Below, in pieces: positions 20,112 through 29,754 of a stretch of 64,000 nt of DNA. Position numbers and translations under genes: made by a program. Under the pieces are notes generated by a model that worked only from the letters and a program-made list of their open reading frames with translations, ran no database searches and was not told where the DNA came from. This DNA comes from Burkholderiales bacterium (GTDB lineage: Bacteria > Pseudomonadota > Gammaproteobacteria > Burkholderiales > SG8-41), in assembly GCA_036555035.1 (NCBI GenBank), contig DATBMB010000174.1:7045-71044 (forward strand). The letters are read 5' to 3'. The stretch's first letter is position 1; each line of letters opens with the position of its first letter.

Positions 20112-20138
20112 GAACGGCCGGCTTTCGGCCGGCCGTTC
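20112..20138. terminator. bidirectional hairpin between convergent tauE-like and grxD genes
   Basis: The sequence is GAACGGCCGGC-TTTC-GCCGGCCGTTC, a perfect 11-bp stem. An A-run on the left gives a U-tract for the minus-strand (grxD) transcript. Confidence 0.7.
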
Positions 20139-20157
20139 GTTCGCGCGAATCTACGCT

Positions 20158-20475
20158 TCAGGCGGGGGTCTTCTCGAGCAGCTTCTTCAGCTCGCCGCTC
20201 TGGTACATCTCGATCATGATGTCGGAGCCGCCGATGAACTCGCCGTTCACGTAGAGCTGCGGAATCGTCGGCCAGTTGGCGTACTCCTTGATGCCCTGGC
20301 GGATATCGGGGTTTTCGAGCACGTTCACCGTGAAGGGCTGCTCCACGCCGCACGCGCGGAGGATGCCGATCGCGTTCGCCGAAAAGCCGCACTGGGGAAA
20401 ATCGGGCGTGCCCTTCATGTACAGCACGACCTTGTTTCCGGTCACCTGCTCTTTTATAACATCTTGAATATTCAT
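20158..20475 (-). CDS. grxD: Grx4-family monothiol glutaredoxin
   Basis: 105 aa. It has the CGFS active site (PQCGFSANA) and the WPTIPQLYVNGEFIGG motif. Confidence 0.95.
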   Translation of the reverse strand: MNIQDVIKEQVTGNKVVLYMKGTPDFPQCGFSANAIGILRACGVEQPFTVNVLENPDIRQGIKEYANWPTIPQLYVNGEFIGGSDIMIEMYQSGELKKLLEKTPA

Positions 20476-20537
20476 GAGGTATCCTAAATCCGAGTGATTC
20501 AGTCAGGCATTATTCTAGCGGCACGGCGGGCGCCGCG

Positions 20538-21371
20538 TCAAACCTTCCCTCCCGCCACCCGTTCGATGCCGGCGAGGTCTCGCCGCGAGCTCAAGTCGCG
20601 AAACCCTGCCCGCTCGAGCAACGCGCGGCAGCGCTTGCCCTGGTCGTGGCCGTGCTCGAAGAGCAGCGCACCGCCGGGCTCGAGATGCGCGCGCGCATGC
20701 GCGACGATCAATCGGATGCAGGCGAGGCCGTCGGGACCTCCGAGTAGCGCTGCGCGGGGCTCGAATCTCAGGTCGCCCTCGGAGAGGTGCGGGTCGCCCT
20801 CCGCCACGTACGGCGGATTGCAGACGATGAGATCGAAGCGCCGGCCGGCGAGCGCGGCAAACCAGTCGCTTTCGACGAACTCGATTGGGGTGCCGTGCCG
20901 GGCGGCGTTGTGGCGCGCGACCGCGAGCGCCGCGCTCGATGCATCTGTTGCAGTCACCCCCGCGCGGGGACGCTGCAGCGCGATCGCCACGGCGACGCAG
21001 CCGCTACCGGTGGCGAGATCCAGCACGCGGAAGCGCGACTGCGCGGGAATCCGCTCGAGTGCGGCCTCGACCAGGGTCTCGGTATCCGGCCTCGGGATCA
21101 GCACCGCCGGCGTCACCTTGAACGCGAGGCTGTGGAACTCGCGTTCACCGGTCAGGTACGCAATGGGCTCTCCCGCGCGCCGGCGCTCGATGCACTCGAG
21201 ATAGCGCTCGCGCTGCGCTCCGGTCACCGCCTCTCCCGCATGTGCGACGAGGTACGCGTCATCGACGCTCAAAGCAGCGCGCAACAGCGCGCGCGCGTCG
21301 AGCGGATCGATGTTGGGAAGTCGAAGCATCTCCGCAATGCTGGCGGCCGGCCTGTTGCGAGGGCTCACCAT
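20538..21371 (-). CDS. prmC: peptide chain release factor N5-glutamine methyltransferase
   Basis: It carries the NPPY motif (IVCNPPYV), the SAM motif VLDLATGSGCVAVA and FKVTPAVLIPRPDTE. The in-frame ATG at 21371 overlaps the EamA stop (ATGGTGA). The remaining 299 upstream codons of track ORF 20538..22268 are shadow sequence. Confidence 0.9.
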   Translation of the reverse strand: MVSPRNRPAASIAEMLRLPNIDPLDARALLRAALSVDDAYLVAHAGEAVTGAQRERYLECIERRRAGEPIAYLTGEREFHSLAFKVTPAVLIPRPDTETLVEAALERIPAQSRFRVLDLATGSGCVAVAIALQRPRAGVTATDASSAALAVARHNAARHGTPIEFVESDWFAALAGRRFDLIVCNPPYVAEGDPHLSEGDLRFEPRAALLGGPDGLACIRLIVAHARAHLEPGGALLFEHGHDQGKRCRALLERAGFRDLSSRRDLAGIERVAGGKV

Positions 21372-22219
21372 TGCAGCAGCAACACGACGACGCCGGCCAC
21401 GACAAGCATCACGCCTCCGATCAGCGCCGCGCTCATGCGTTCTTCCCGCAGGACGAGCGCGCTCAATATCAACGTGAACAGCGGGTAGGTCGCAACGATG
21501 GGGGACACCACGACGACCGTACCGGTACTCAGCGCGCGATAGAGGCACAGCACTGCGACGCCGTTGAGGGCGCCGGTCGCGGCAAACCAGGCCGCTCCGC
21601 GCCGGTGGAATGTCCGTGCCGCCGGTTGTCCGGCCGTTGCGGTCCACACGGCAAGCGATGAAACGGTATACCCCACCAGCGCGGCGGCAAACGGGTTGGG
21701 CCAGAGGATAAGCCCGGCCTTGGACAGGACCTGGGCGAGCGCGCGCAGCGCCGCCGCGGACCATGGCAACCATAGCGCGCTGCGCTGCTCCCCACGCGCA
21801 TCCGCATCGTGCAGCCTCGCCAGCACGACCGAGCCCAGCACGATGAGAGAGGTGGCGGCAAGCTCGCGCACGCCAAGCGCTTCGTCGAGAAACAGCGCCG
21901 CGCCTAGAATCGCGAAGAGGGGCGCCGTGCTGCCGACCGCCCCGGTCACGGACGGGCCCAGGCGCCGGTTGCCCTCGAAGGTCAGCAACGTGACCGCGGC
22001 CGGAAAGAACAGGCCCACCAGGGCAAATATGCCGATGGCTGCGAGCTGCCAGTCCGCTAGGTCCGCGAACGGCGCCAGCAGCCAGAACAGCAGGGTTGCC
22101 GCAGGGATGCTCACCCGGGCGCCCGCCGTGGCGTCGAGGTATTTCAAGCCTGAGTGAGTGGTCACTAACGCCGCGCCGAAGAGGGCGGCGGACATGAGGG
22201 CATAGACGATGGGCTCCAA
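21365..22219 (-). CDS. EamA/DMT-family transporter
   Basis: 284 aa with ten hydrophobic helices arranged as two EamA-like halves. Confidence 0.8.
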   Translation of the reverse strand: MEPIVYALMSAALFGAALVTTHSGLKYLDATAGARVSIPAATLLFWLLAPFADLADWQLAAIGIFALVGLFFPAAVTLLTFEGNRRLGPSVTGAVGSTAPLFAILGAALFLDEALGVRELAATSLIVLGSVVLARLHDADARGEQRSALWLPWSAAALRALAQVLSKAGLILWPNPFAAALVGYTVSSLAVWTATAGQPAARTFHRRGAAWFAATGALNGVAVLCLYRALSTGTVVVVSPIVATYPLFTLILSALVLREERMSAALIGGVMLVVAGVVVLLLQW

Positions 22220-22264
22220 CGGAACGCCCTCGGGAGATGCCGCGTCCGGGACACGTGGGCCGGC

Positions 22265-23356
22265 TCAAGCCGGCTGCACGTCCTCGGCGAGCTGGGCGAG
22301 CTGCTCGGCCTGGTGCTCGGCGGCGAGCGCCGCGATCAGCTCGTCGAGCTCCCCGTCCATGATCCGGTCGATCTTGTAGAGCGTGAGATTGATGCGGTGG
22401 TCGGTCACGCGCCCCTGCGGAAAGTTATAGGTGCGGATGCGCTCGGAGCGGTCGCCGCTGCCGATGAGCGACTTGCGGGTCGCGGCCATCTTCGCGCGCT
22501 GCTCGGAGAGCTGCCGATCCTTGATGCGCGCGGCGAGGATGGCGAGCGCCCGCGCCCGGTTCTTGTGCTGCGAGCGGTCGTCCTGGCATTCCACGACGAT
22601 GCCGGAGGGGAGATGCGTGATGCGCACCGCCGAATCGGTCTTGTTCACATGCTGCCCGCCGGCACCGGACGCGCGGTACGTGTCCACGCGCAGCTCCGCC
22701 GGGTTGAGCACCACGTCCGCGATCTCGTCGGCCTCCGGCATCACTGCCACCGTGCACGCGGAGGTGTGGATGCGGCCCTGGGTCTCCGTGACCGGCACCC
22801 GCTGCACCCGGTGGCCGCCGGATTCGAACTTGAGCCTGGAGTAGGCGCCCTGCCCGGAGATCTTCGCGATGATCTCCTTGTAGCCGCCGAGGTCGGAGGG
22901 GCTTTGCGACACCACCTCGACCGGCCAGCGATTGCGCTCGGCGTAGCGGCTGTAGAGGCGGAAGAGCTCGCCCGCAAAGAGGGCGGATTCCTCGCCCCCG
23001 GTTCCGGCGCGGATCTCGAGAAAGATGTTGCGCTCGTCGTTGGGGTCCTTGGGCAGCAGCCGCCGCTGCAGCTCCTCCTCGATGCCGGCGAGCCGCTCCC
23101 GGGTCTGCCGTATCTCGGACTCCGCGAACTCGCGCATCGCGGGGTCCCCGCTCATCTCCTGCGCGGCCTGAAGGTCGGCCTCGCCCTGCGCGTAGCGCTG
23201 GTAGAGCTCGACCACCGGCGCGATCTCCGCGTGCTCGCGGGAGAGCTTGCGGAAGCTGTCGAGGTCGGCCGTCGCCTTCTCGGAGGAGAGGAGCCGATTC
23301 AGCTCCTCGATCCGGCCCGAGAGCTGCGCGAGCTTGGCCGCGATGCTGGCTTTCAT
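22265..23356 (-). CDS. prfA: peptide chain release factor 1
   Basis: 363 aa. It has the GGQ motif ([23 protein letters not shown]) and the RF1-type PVT tripeptide region [15 protein letters not shown]. Confidence 0.97.
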   Translation of the reverse strand: MKASIAAKLAQLSGRIEELNRLLSSEKATADLDSFRKLSREHAEIAPVVELYQRYAQGEADLQAAQEMSGDPAMREFAESEIRQTRERLAGIEEELQRRLLPKDPNDERNIFLEIRAGTGGEESALFAGELFRLYSRYAERNRWPVEVVSQSPSDLGGYKEIIAKISGQGAYSRLKFESGGHRVQRVPVTETQGRIHTSACTVAVMPEADEIADVVLNPAELRVDTYRASGAGGQHVNKTDSAVRITHLPSGIVVECQDDRSQHKNRARALAILAARIKDRQLSEQRAKMAATRKSLIGSGDRSERIRTYNFPQGRVTDHRINLTLYKIDRIMDGELDELIAALAAEHQAEQLAQLAEDVQPA

Positions 23357-23372
23357 CGGGGAGCCCGCTGCC

Positions 23373-24626
23373 TTATTCCGGCCGCGGGATCTGGTAGAGG
23401 CGGGTCAGCAGCTCTGCCAGCGCCTCGCGCTCGTCCTCGCGCGCGTGCGAGAGCGCGTGCGTCGGTCCGTGCGTAAGCTTCGCGAGGAGCGCGCGCGAGA
23501 GCTGCTCCATCACCACCTGGGGATCCTCGCCCTTCGCCAGGCGCCGCAGCGCGCGCTGCATCTCGTGGCGCCGCGCGCGCTCCGCGGCATCGCGCAGCGC
23601 GCGTATGGTTGGCACCAGCTCGCGGTTGCCCAGCCAGTGCATGAACTCGGAGACCTGGTTCTCGATGATCACCTCGGCCTGCGCGACCGCGTTGCTGCGC
23701 ACGTCCATGCCCTCGCGCGCGACCTTGCCCAGGTCGTCCACGCCGTAGAGGAACACGTCGTCCAGCTGCGCCACTTCTTCCTCGACGTCGCGCGGCACCG
23801 CGAGATCGAACATGAGCATCGGGCGGTGCTTGCGCGCGGCGAGCGCCCGCTCCATCAGTCCCTTGCCGATGATCGGGAGCGTGCTCGCCGTCGAGCTCAC
23901 CACGATGTCGTGGGAAGCGAGCTGCGAGGGGAGATCGTTCAGCGTGATGGCGCGGCCGCGGAAGCGGTCGGCGAGCGCCTGGGCGCGCTCGAGCGTGCGG
24001 TTGGCGAAAGTCAGGCGCCGGGGGTGCTGGGCGGCGAAATGCGTGGCGCAGAGCTCGATCATCTCGCCCGCGCCGATGAAAAGGATGCTCTGCTCGGCGA
24101 TCGCCGGGTAGATACGCTGCGCGAGCCCGACCGCGGCGGATGCCATGGATACCGTCGCCGCGCCGATATCGGTCTCGGACCGTACCGTCTTCGCGACCGC
24201 AAACGTGCGCTGAAAAAGCTTGTTCAGGAGGAGGCCCAACGTGCCCGCCGCCTGGGCGGTGCGCACCGCCTGCTTGAACTGGCCGAGGATCTGCGGCTCC
24301 CCGAGCACCATCGAGTCGAGCCCGCTCGCCACCCGGAAGGCGTGCTTCACCGCTCTTTCCTGTGGCAGCTGGTAGACATAGGGCTCGATCTGGTGGGGCT
24401 TCAGGCTGTGGTAGCCCGCCATCCAGTCGACCGCCGCGTGCGGCTCGGCGGTCGAGCAGTAGATCTCGGTGCGGTTGCAGGTCGAGATGATCGCCGCCTC
24501 CTGCACCGGGCGGCGATCCACCAGCTCGCGCAGCGCCCCCACCAGGCCCTCGGCGTGAAACACCACCTGCTCGCGCACCGCGAGCGGTGCGGTCTGGTGG
24601 TTGATGCCAACGGCGAAGAGCTGCAT
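23373..24626 (-). CDS. hemA: glutamyl-tRNA reductase
   Basis: 417 aa. It has the catalytic-Cys motif [10 protein letters not shown] and the NADPH-binding motif [11 protein letters not shown]. The order hemA-prfA is conserved. Confidence 0.95.
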   Translation of the reverse strand: MQLFAVGINHQTAPLAVREQVVFHAEGLVGALRELVDRRPVQEAAIISTCNRTEIYCSTAEPHAAVDWMAGYHSLKPHQIEPYVYQLPQERAVKHAFRVASGLDSMVLGEPQILGQFKQAVRTAQAAGTLGLLLNKLFQRTFAVAKTVRSETDIGAATVSMASAAVGLAQRIYPAIAEQSILFIGAGEMIELCATHFAAQHPRRLTFANRTLERAQALADRFRGRAITLNDLPSQLASHDIVVSSTASTLPIIGKGLMERALAARKHRPMLMFDLAVPRDVEEEVAQLDDVFLYGVDDLGKVAREGMDVRSNAVAQAEVIIENQVSEFMHWLGNRELVPTIRALRDAAERARRHEMQRALRRLAKGEDPQVVMEQLSRALLAKLTHGPTHALSHAREDEREALAELLTRLYQIPRPE

Positions 24627-24721
24627 CAGGCGGCGGTAGGCAAAAAGAGTGTAGATATTAATACGTTAGCCGCACCCGGGACAATCCGTCGCGCGGCCTT
24701 TTCAGCAGCCGCCAGCGGACC

Positions 24722-25684
24722 TCAGGCTTCGTTCTGCAGCGGCCGGCCGTGCGCCCACCGCTCCAGGTTGCCGAGAAAGATCCGCGTGGCACGCTCGTCG
24801 TTGCCCGCCGAGGCCGAGGCGTTGTGCGGCGAGAGGATGGCGTTCGGAAGCCCCCAGAGCGGCGAGTCGGGCGGGAGCGGCTCCTGCTCGAACACGTCGA
24901 GATAGGCGCCACCGAGCTGACCGCTCTTCAACGCCGCGATCACTGCCCCTTCGTCCGCAAGCCCGCCCCGCGCGACGTTGATGAGAAAAGCGCCCCGCGG
25001 CAATCGCGCAAGCGTTCCCGCATTCATGATGCGCCGCGTCTCCGGCGTGAGCGGGCACGCCAGCACGACCCACTGACAGCGTGGGAGCAGCTCCGGCAGC
25101 GCGGCGGGCGCGTGCATCTCGTGCACCGGGTCCTCGGGGCGCCGCGGGCTGCGGCGCACGCCGATGACGTGCATGCCGAGCGCCTGGCAGAAGCAAGCCA
25201 CCGCCGTGCCGATGGTGCCGAGGCCCACGATCAGCACGGTCTCACCCGCGAGGTCGCGCGGCACCGCGTCGTTGCGCAGCGGCATCCATTCGCGGCGGCC
25301 CTGCGCCGCCCACCAGTGCGGAAACCCGCGGGCAAGCATCAGCAGCCCGCCAATCGCCGTCTGCGCCACCGGCTCGCCATTGGAACCGGCTGAGTGGGTG
25401 AGCTTGACCCCGCGCCCGGTAAGCGCCGTGACGAACGGAAAGTGCTCGATCGCGGCGGTGACGAAATGGACCCACTTCAGGCTCGAGGCGCCCGCGAGGG
25501 CCTCGACGAAGGACTCGTTGAGGGGAGAGAACCGGATGTCGCGCGTGTAGTAAGCGATCTCGACCCGCCCGCAATCCTCCGGCGCGAGGCGCGCGTTCGG
25601 GTCATCCGGAACGTGCAGGAGGCGGGGCTCGAGGCCCGCCTTCCGCGCGGCTGCGGCGAGCGCCTCGCCATGGCCCTCGGCCAT
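24722..25684 (-). CDS. D-isomer-specific 2-hydroxyacid dehydrogenase family protein
   Basis: The in-frame ATG at 25684 (MAEGHGEALAAAARK) gives 320 aa. It carries the NAD motif VGLGTIGTAVA and the catalytic region NVARGGLADE...SPHNAS. The longer track ORF overlaps prpB. Confidence 0.85.
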   Translation of the reverse strand: MAEGHGEALAAAARKAGLEPRLLHVPDDPNARLAPEDCGRVEIAYYTRDIRFSPLNESFVEALAGASSLKWVHFVTAAIEHFPFVTALTGRGVKLTHSAGSNGEPVAQTAIGGLLMLARGFPHWWAAQGRREWMPLRNDAVPRDLAGETVLIVGLGTIGTAVACFCQALGMHVIGVRRSPRRPEDPVHEMHAPAALPELLPRCQWVVLACPLTPETRRIMNAGTLARLPRGAFLINVARGGLADEGAVIAALKSGQLGGAYLDVFEQEPLPPDSPLWGLPNAILSPHNASASAGNDERATRIFLGNLERWAHGRPLQNEA

Positions 25685-25707
25685 GGCCCTGGACAGCAGG
25701 ATTCCCG

Positions 25708-26622
25708 TCACTTCTTCTTGTCGCGGGCGAACAGCTCGTCGAGCTTGCGCTCGTAGGCGTGGTAGTCGAGAAACTCGTAGAGCTCGTCGCGCGTCTGCAT
25801 CTGCTCGAGCACCCCCTTCTGCGTGCCGTCCCGGCGCACGGCCTGATAGACGCGCAGCGCCGCCGCGCTCATGGCGCGGAACGCGGAGAGCGGATACAGC
25901 GCCATCGCGACGCCGGCGCCCGCGAGCTCCTGCACGGTAAAAAGGGGCGTCTTTCCGAACTCGGTGAGGTTGGCGAGGATCGGAACCCTCACAGCGTCGG
26001 CGAATTTCCGGTACATCGGGAGCTCGGTGATCGCCTCCGGGAAGATCATGTCGGCGCCCGCTTCCACGCACGCGCAGGCGCGGTCGATCGCCGCCTGCAG
26101 CCCCTCGACTGCCAGGGCATCGGTGCGAGCCATCACCACGAACTGCGCATCGGTCCTGGCGTCGGCCGCGGCCTTGATCCGGTCCACCATCTCCTGCTGC
26201 GACACCAGCTCCTTCCCGGGGCGGTGGCCGCAGCGCTTGGCGCCGACCTGGTCCTCGATGTGCATCGCGGCGGCGCCGAACTTGATGAGCGATTTCACCG
26301 TGCGGGCGATGTTGTGGGCGCTCGCGCCGAAGCCGGTGTCCACATCCACCAGCAGCGGCAACGGGCAGGCGTCGGTGATGCGGCGGACATCGGTCAGCAC
26401 GTCGTCGAGCCCGCTGATGCCCAGATCGGGCACCCCGAGCGAGCCGGCCGCGACACCCCCGCCCGAAAGGTAGATGGCGCGGTAGCCCACGCGCTGCGCC
26501 ATGCGCGCCGAATAGGCGTTGAGGGTGCCGATGACCTGCAGCGGGCGCTCCGCGTCGAGCGCCGCGCGAAAACGCGCCCCCGCCGAAGCGGCGGGCGCGG
26601 AGGAAGAAGGGTGTCCGCTCAT
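25708..26622 (-). CDS. prpB: 2-methylisocitrate lyase (PEP mutase/isocitrate lyase superfamily)
   Basis: From the ATG at 26622 the protein is near-collinear with E. coli PrpB as I recall it. Shared stretches are [39 protein letters not shown] and [12 protein letters not shown]. Confidence 0.85.
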   Translation of the reverse strand: MSGHPSSSAPAASAGARFRAALDAERPLQVIGTLNAYSARMAQRVGYRAIYLSGGGVAAGSLGVPDLGISGLDDVLTDVRRITDACPLPLLVDVDTGFGASAHNIARTVKSLIKFGAAAMHIEDQVGAKRCGHRPGKELVSQQEMVDRIKAAADARTDAQFVVMARTDALAVEGLQAAIDRACACVEAGADMIFPEAITELPMYRKFADAVRVPILANLTEFGKTPLFTVQELAGAGVAMALYPLSAFRAMSAAALRVYQAVRRDGTQKGVLEQMQTRDELYEFLDYHAYERKLDELFARDKKK

Positions 26623-26684
26623 CGATCGTCCCCGGGACGCAGCGGGGCTCGATCCGGTGCCCGCCTTTGGTCCAATATGTGAGC

Positions 26685-26705
26685 TATTCTGGAGCGTCCA
26701 GAATA
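26685..26705. promoter_or_regulatory. 21-bp perfect palindrome in the prpB / IclR-regulator divergent intergenic region (candidate operator)
   Basis: The sequence is TATTCTGGA-GCG-TCCAGAATA, with 9-bp perfect arms and a 3-nt spacer. It sits in the AT-richest part of the 175-bp divergent gap. Confidence 0.4.
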
Positions 26706-26797
26706 TGGTATTTACCTTAGCATGCTGCCGCCCGTTTTGCCAGAACCGCTCTGATGGCATAATCGCGCTTCGCTCACCATACGGACTCAATCAAGCC

Positions 26798-27601
26798 ATG
26801 TCCCGCAAGACCGAAACCGAGAACGGAAATCGCCTCACCGGAACCCAGAGCATCGAGCGCGCGCTGACGCTGCTGCGCGAGATCGCCGCCCACAACCGCA
26901 GCGGCTCGCGCCTGCTCGATCTCGCCGCCCGCACCGGGCTGCAGCGCCCGACCGTGCATCGCATGCTGAAGTGCCTCGCCGCGGAAAGCATGGTGCAGCA
27001 GGATTTGGAGTCGCACCGCTATTTCCTCGGCTCGATGATGTTCGAGCTCGGGCTTACGGCCGCGCCGCGCTTCAACCTGCGCGAGATCTGCCATCCCGCG
27101 CTGACGCGCATCGCGGAGGCGACCGGCGACACCGTGTTTCTGACCCAGCGGAGCGGGCTCGATTCGGTGTGCCTCGACCGGCGTGAAGGCACGTTTCCGA
27201 TCAAGACCTTCACCCTCGAGATCGGCATGCGCCGCCCGCTCGGAGTGGGCACCGGCTCGCTCGCGATCCTCTCCGCGCTCACCGAGGACGAGATCCAGCG
27301 CGTGGTCGCGGCCAACGCCGTGCGCCTGCCCGAGTACGGCCTTACCGCCCCCGTCCTGCTCACCCAGGTGAAGAAATCGCAGAAGCTGGGCTACGCCATG
27401 CGCGATGTGTCGGGCCTCGCCGGCGTGCGCTCGGTGGGCCAGACGCTGCGCAACCAGAGCGGCATGGCGTTCGCCGCGATCTCGGTGTCCACCATCTCCA
27501 GCCGGATGAGCGAGAAGCGCGCAGGCGAGGTCGCCCAGCTGCTGAAAGGGGAGTCGCGCCAGATCGAGCGCCAGCTTGCGAACGGCACCGAGCACCGCTA
27601 G
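26798..27601 (+). CDS. IclR-family transcriptional regulator
   Basis: The in-frame ATG at 26798 gives 267 aa. It has the IclR N-terminal wHTH (SIERALTLLREIA...LLDLAARTGLQRPTVHRML) and a C-terminal effector domain. Confidence 0.9.
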   Translation: MSRKTETENGNRLTGTQSIERALTLLREIAAHNRSGSRLLDLAARTGLQRPTVHRMLKCLAAESMVQQDLESHRYFLGSMMFELGLTAAPRFNLREICHPALTRIAEATGDTVFLTQRSGLDSVCLDRREGTFPIKTFTLEIGMRRPLGVGTGSLAILSALTEDEIQRVVAANAVRLPEYGLTAPVLLTQVKKSQKLGYAMRDVSGLAGVRSVGQTLRNQSGMAFAAISVSTISSRMSEKRAGEVAQLLKGESRQIERQLANGTEHR

Positions 27602-28846
27602 GTGAAGCCGTTCGCGACCGCTGCCCGCTGTCCGCTCGACGGCGTGCGGGTGCTCGATCTCTCGCGCCTCGTCGCCGGCAACACGCTGAGCCAGGTGCTC
27701 GGGGATTTCGGCGCTGAGGTGATCAAGGTCGAGCCGCCGGCCGGCGACTCCCTGCGCGCCTGGCAGACGAACGGCGTGCAGGTGAACTGGAAGCTCTACG
27801 CCCGCAACAAGAAGAGCCTGTGCCTCGAGCTGCGCAAGCCCGAGGCGCGCAAGCTCCTGCTCGACCTCGCTCCCACGGCCGCGATCTTCATCGAGAGCTT
27901 TCGCCCGGGCACGCTCGAGGACATGGGACTTGCGCCCGAGGTCCTGCTCGCGCGCAATCCGAGGCTCGTCATCGTGCGCATCTCCGGCTGGGGCCAGGAC
28001 GGGCCCTACCGCCGCCGTCCCGGCTTCGGCACCCTGGTCGAGGGCCTGTCGGGCTTTGCGTCCTTCAACGGATTTGCCGACCGCGAGCCGGTGCTGCCGC
28101 CGATGTATCTCGCCGACACCGTCGCCGGGCTCTACGGCGCGGCGGGCGTGATGATCGCGCTGCGCGAGGTGGAACGAAACGGCGGCCGCGGGCAGGTGAT
28201 CGATCTCCCGCTGCTCGATCCGCTGTTCGCGGTGCTCGGACCCCAGGCCGCCAACTACCGGTTGACCGGCAAGGTCAAGCCGCGCACCGGCAGCCGCTCG
28301 ACCAATGCCGCGCCGCGCAACGCCTATCGCTGCAAGGACGGAAAGTACGTGGGCCTGTCCGCCTCGACCCAGAAGATGGCGGAACGGGTGTTCCGCTCGA
28401 TCGGCCGCGCGGACCTTGTCGACAATCCGCGCTACCGCAACAACGCCGACCGGGTGCGGCATGCCGAGGAGCTCGACGCGATCATCGGGGGCTTTGTCGC
28501 GCAGCGCACCCAGGCGGAGAACGTGGCGTTCTTCGAGCAGGCCGAGGTCACGATCGGCCCGATCTACGACATCTCGCAGATCGTCGAGGACCCGCACGTG
28601 CGCGACCGCGAGCTGATCGCGGACTACCCGGATCCCGAGATGGGCGCGTTCCCGATGCATCACGTGGTGCCGCGCCTCACCGGCACGCCAGGCGCGATCC
28701 GCACACCCGCCCCGCGGCTGGGCGAGCACAACCGGGCGCTCCTCGCGGAGATCGGCGTGGACGAGGCGGCCTACGCGCGGCTCCTCGCTTCGGGCGCCGT
28801 GTGCGAGGGCGAACGCGCGGCGGCCGCGACCGCGGAGGAGACCTGA
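27602..28846 (+). CDS. family III CoA-transferase (CaiB/BaiF family)
   Basis: 414 aa. It shows LDGVRVLDLSRLVAGN and GAEVIKVEPPAGD, typical of family III CoA-transferases. It starts with GTG. Confidence 0.88.
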   Translation: MKPFATAARCPLDGVRVLDLSRLVAGNTLSQVLGDFGAEVIKVEPPAGDSLRAWQTNGVQVNWKLYARNKKSLCLELRKPEARKLLLDLAPTAAIFIESFRPGTLEDMGLAPEVLLARNPRLVIVRISGWGQDGPYRRRPGFGTLVEGLSGFASFNGFADREPVLPPMYLADTVAGLYGAAGVMIALREVERNGGRGQVIDLPLLDPLFAVLGPQAANYRLTGKVKPRTGSRSTNAAPRNAYRCKDGKYVGLSASTQKMAERVFRSIGRADLVDNPRYRNNADRVRHAEELDAIIGGFVAQRTQAENVAFFEQAEVTIGPIYDISQIVEDPHVRDRELIADYPDPEMGAFPMHHVVPRLTGTPGAIRTPAPRLGEHNRALLAEIGVDEAAYARLLASGAVCEGERAAAATAEET

Positions 28847-29754
28847 TGAAACCCGATCTTCCAGTCTGGCGCTCGCTGCTCTACGTGCCGGTCAACGTCG
28901 AGAAGTTCGTCGACAAGGCGCACACCCGCGGCGCCGACGTGCTCCAGCTCGACCTCGAGGACGCGGTGCCGCCGGCGGAGAAGGAAAAGGCCCGCACCCT
29001 GGTCGAGAAAAACGCGGCGCGCGTGCGGCGCGGGGGCGCCGACGTGGTGGTGCGCATCAACCAGCCGCTCTCCCTCGCGGTGCGCGACCTCGAGCATTCG
29101 GTCTGCCCCGACGTCGACGGCATCGCCGTCACCAAGGCCGACAGCGCCTCGCACGTGAGGCTTCTCGACCAGCTCGTCAGCGAGCTCGAGGCGAAGCGCG
29201 GGATGAAAACCGGGCACACGAAGTTCATCGTGATGATCGAGACCGCGGACGCCTTCACCCGCATCGACGAGATTCCGCGCGCGAGCCCGCGCGTCGCGGC
29301 GATGAACATCGGCGGCGAGGATTTCGCGCTCGATATCAACGCCGAGCCGGATGAAGACGTCCTGCTGCACCCCAAGCAGCGCATGATCATATCTGCGCGC
29401 GCCGCCGGCGTGATGCCGCTCGGCTTCATCGGCACCGTGGCCGATTTCAGCGACTGGGAGAAGTTCCGTCTCATGGTGCGCCGCTCGCGCCGCTTCGGCT
29501 TCGACGGCGCGGGCTGCATCCATCCCGGGCAGGTGAAGATCGTGAACGAGGAGTACACCCCGAGCGCGGAGGAGGTGGCCTATGCGCGCAAAGTCATACG
29601 GATGGATCAGGAGGCGCAGGCCGCGGGCCGCGGCTCGTTCCAGATCGACGGCAAGATGATCGACATCCCCGTCGTGGTGCGCGCCGAGCGGCTGATCCGG
29701 CGCTACGAGGCAATCAAGGCGCGCGAGGCGAAGACGCTCGCCGCCGCACGATGA
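28846..29754 (+). CDS. HpcH/HpaI aldolase - citrate lyase beta (CitE)-like acyl-CoA lyase
   Basis: The ATG at 28846 overlaps the preceding TGA by 1 nt. The 302-aa product carries RSLLYVPVN, LDLEDAVPPAEK and VMIETA, the CitE/malyl-/citramalyl-CoA lyase motifs. Confidence 0.85.
   Translation: MKPDLPVWRSLLYVPVNVEKFVDKAHTRGADVLQLDLEDAVPPAEKEKARTLVEKNAARVRRGGADVVVRINQPLSLAVRDLEHSVCPDVDGIAVTKADSASHVRLLDQLVSELEAKRGMKTGHTKFIVMIETADAFTRIDEIPRASPRVAAMNIGGEDFALDINAEPDEDVLLHPKQRMIISARAAGVMPLGFIGTVADFSDWEKFRLMVRRSRRFGFDGAGCIHPGQVKIVNEEYTPSAEEVAYARKVIRMDQEAQAAGRGSFQIDGKMIDIPVVVRAERLIRRYEAIKAREAKTLAAAR

Noticed and set aside
20538-22268. A 576-aa ORF suggesting a large fusion protein ending in PrmC.
   Set aside because: Only the C-terminal 277 aa resemble PrmC. 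The upstream part overlaps, in another frame, a well-formed EamA transporter ORF and is Arg/Gly-rich. An in-frame ATG at 21371 overlapping the EamA stop gives a normal-length PrmC.
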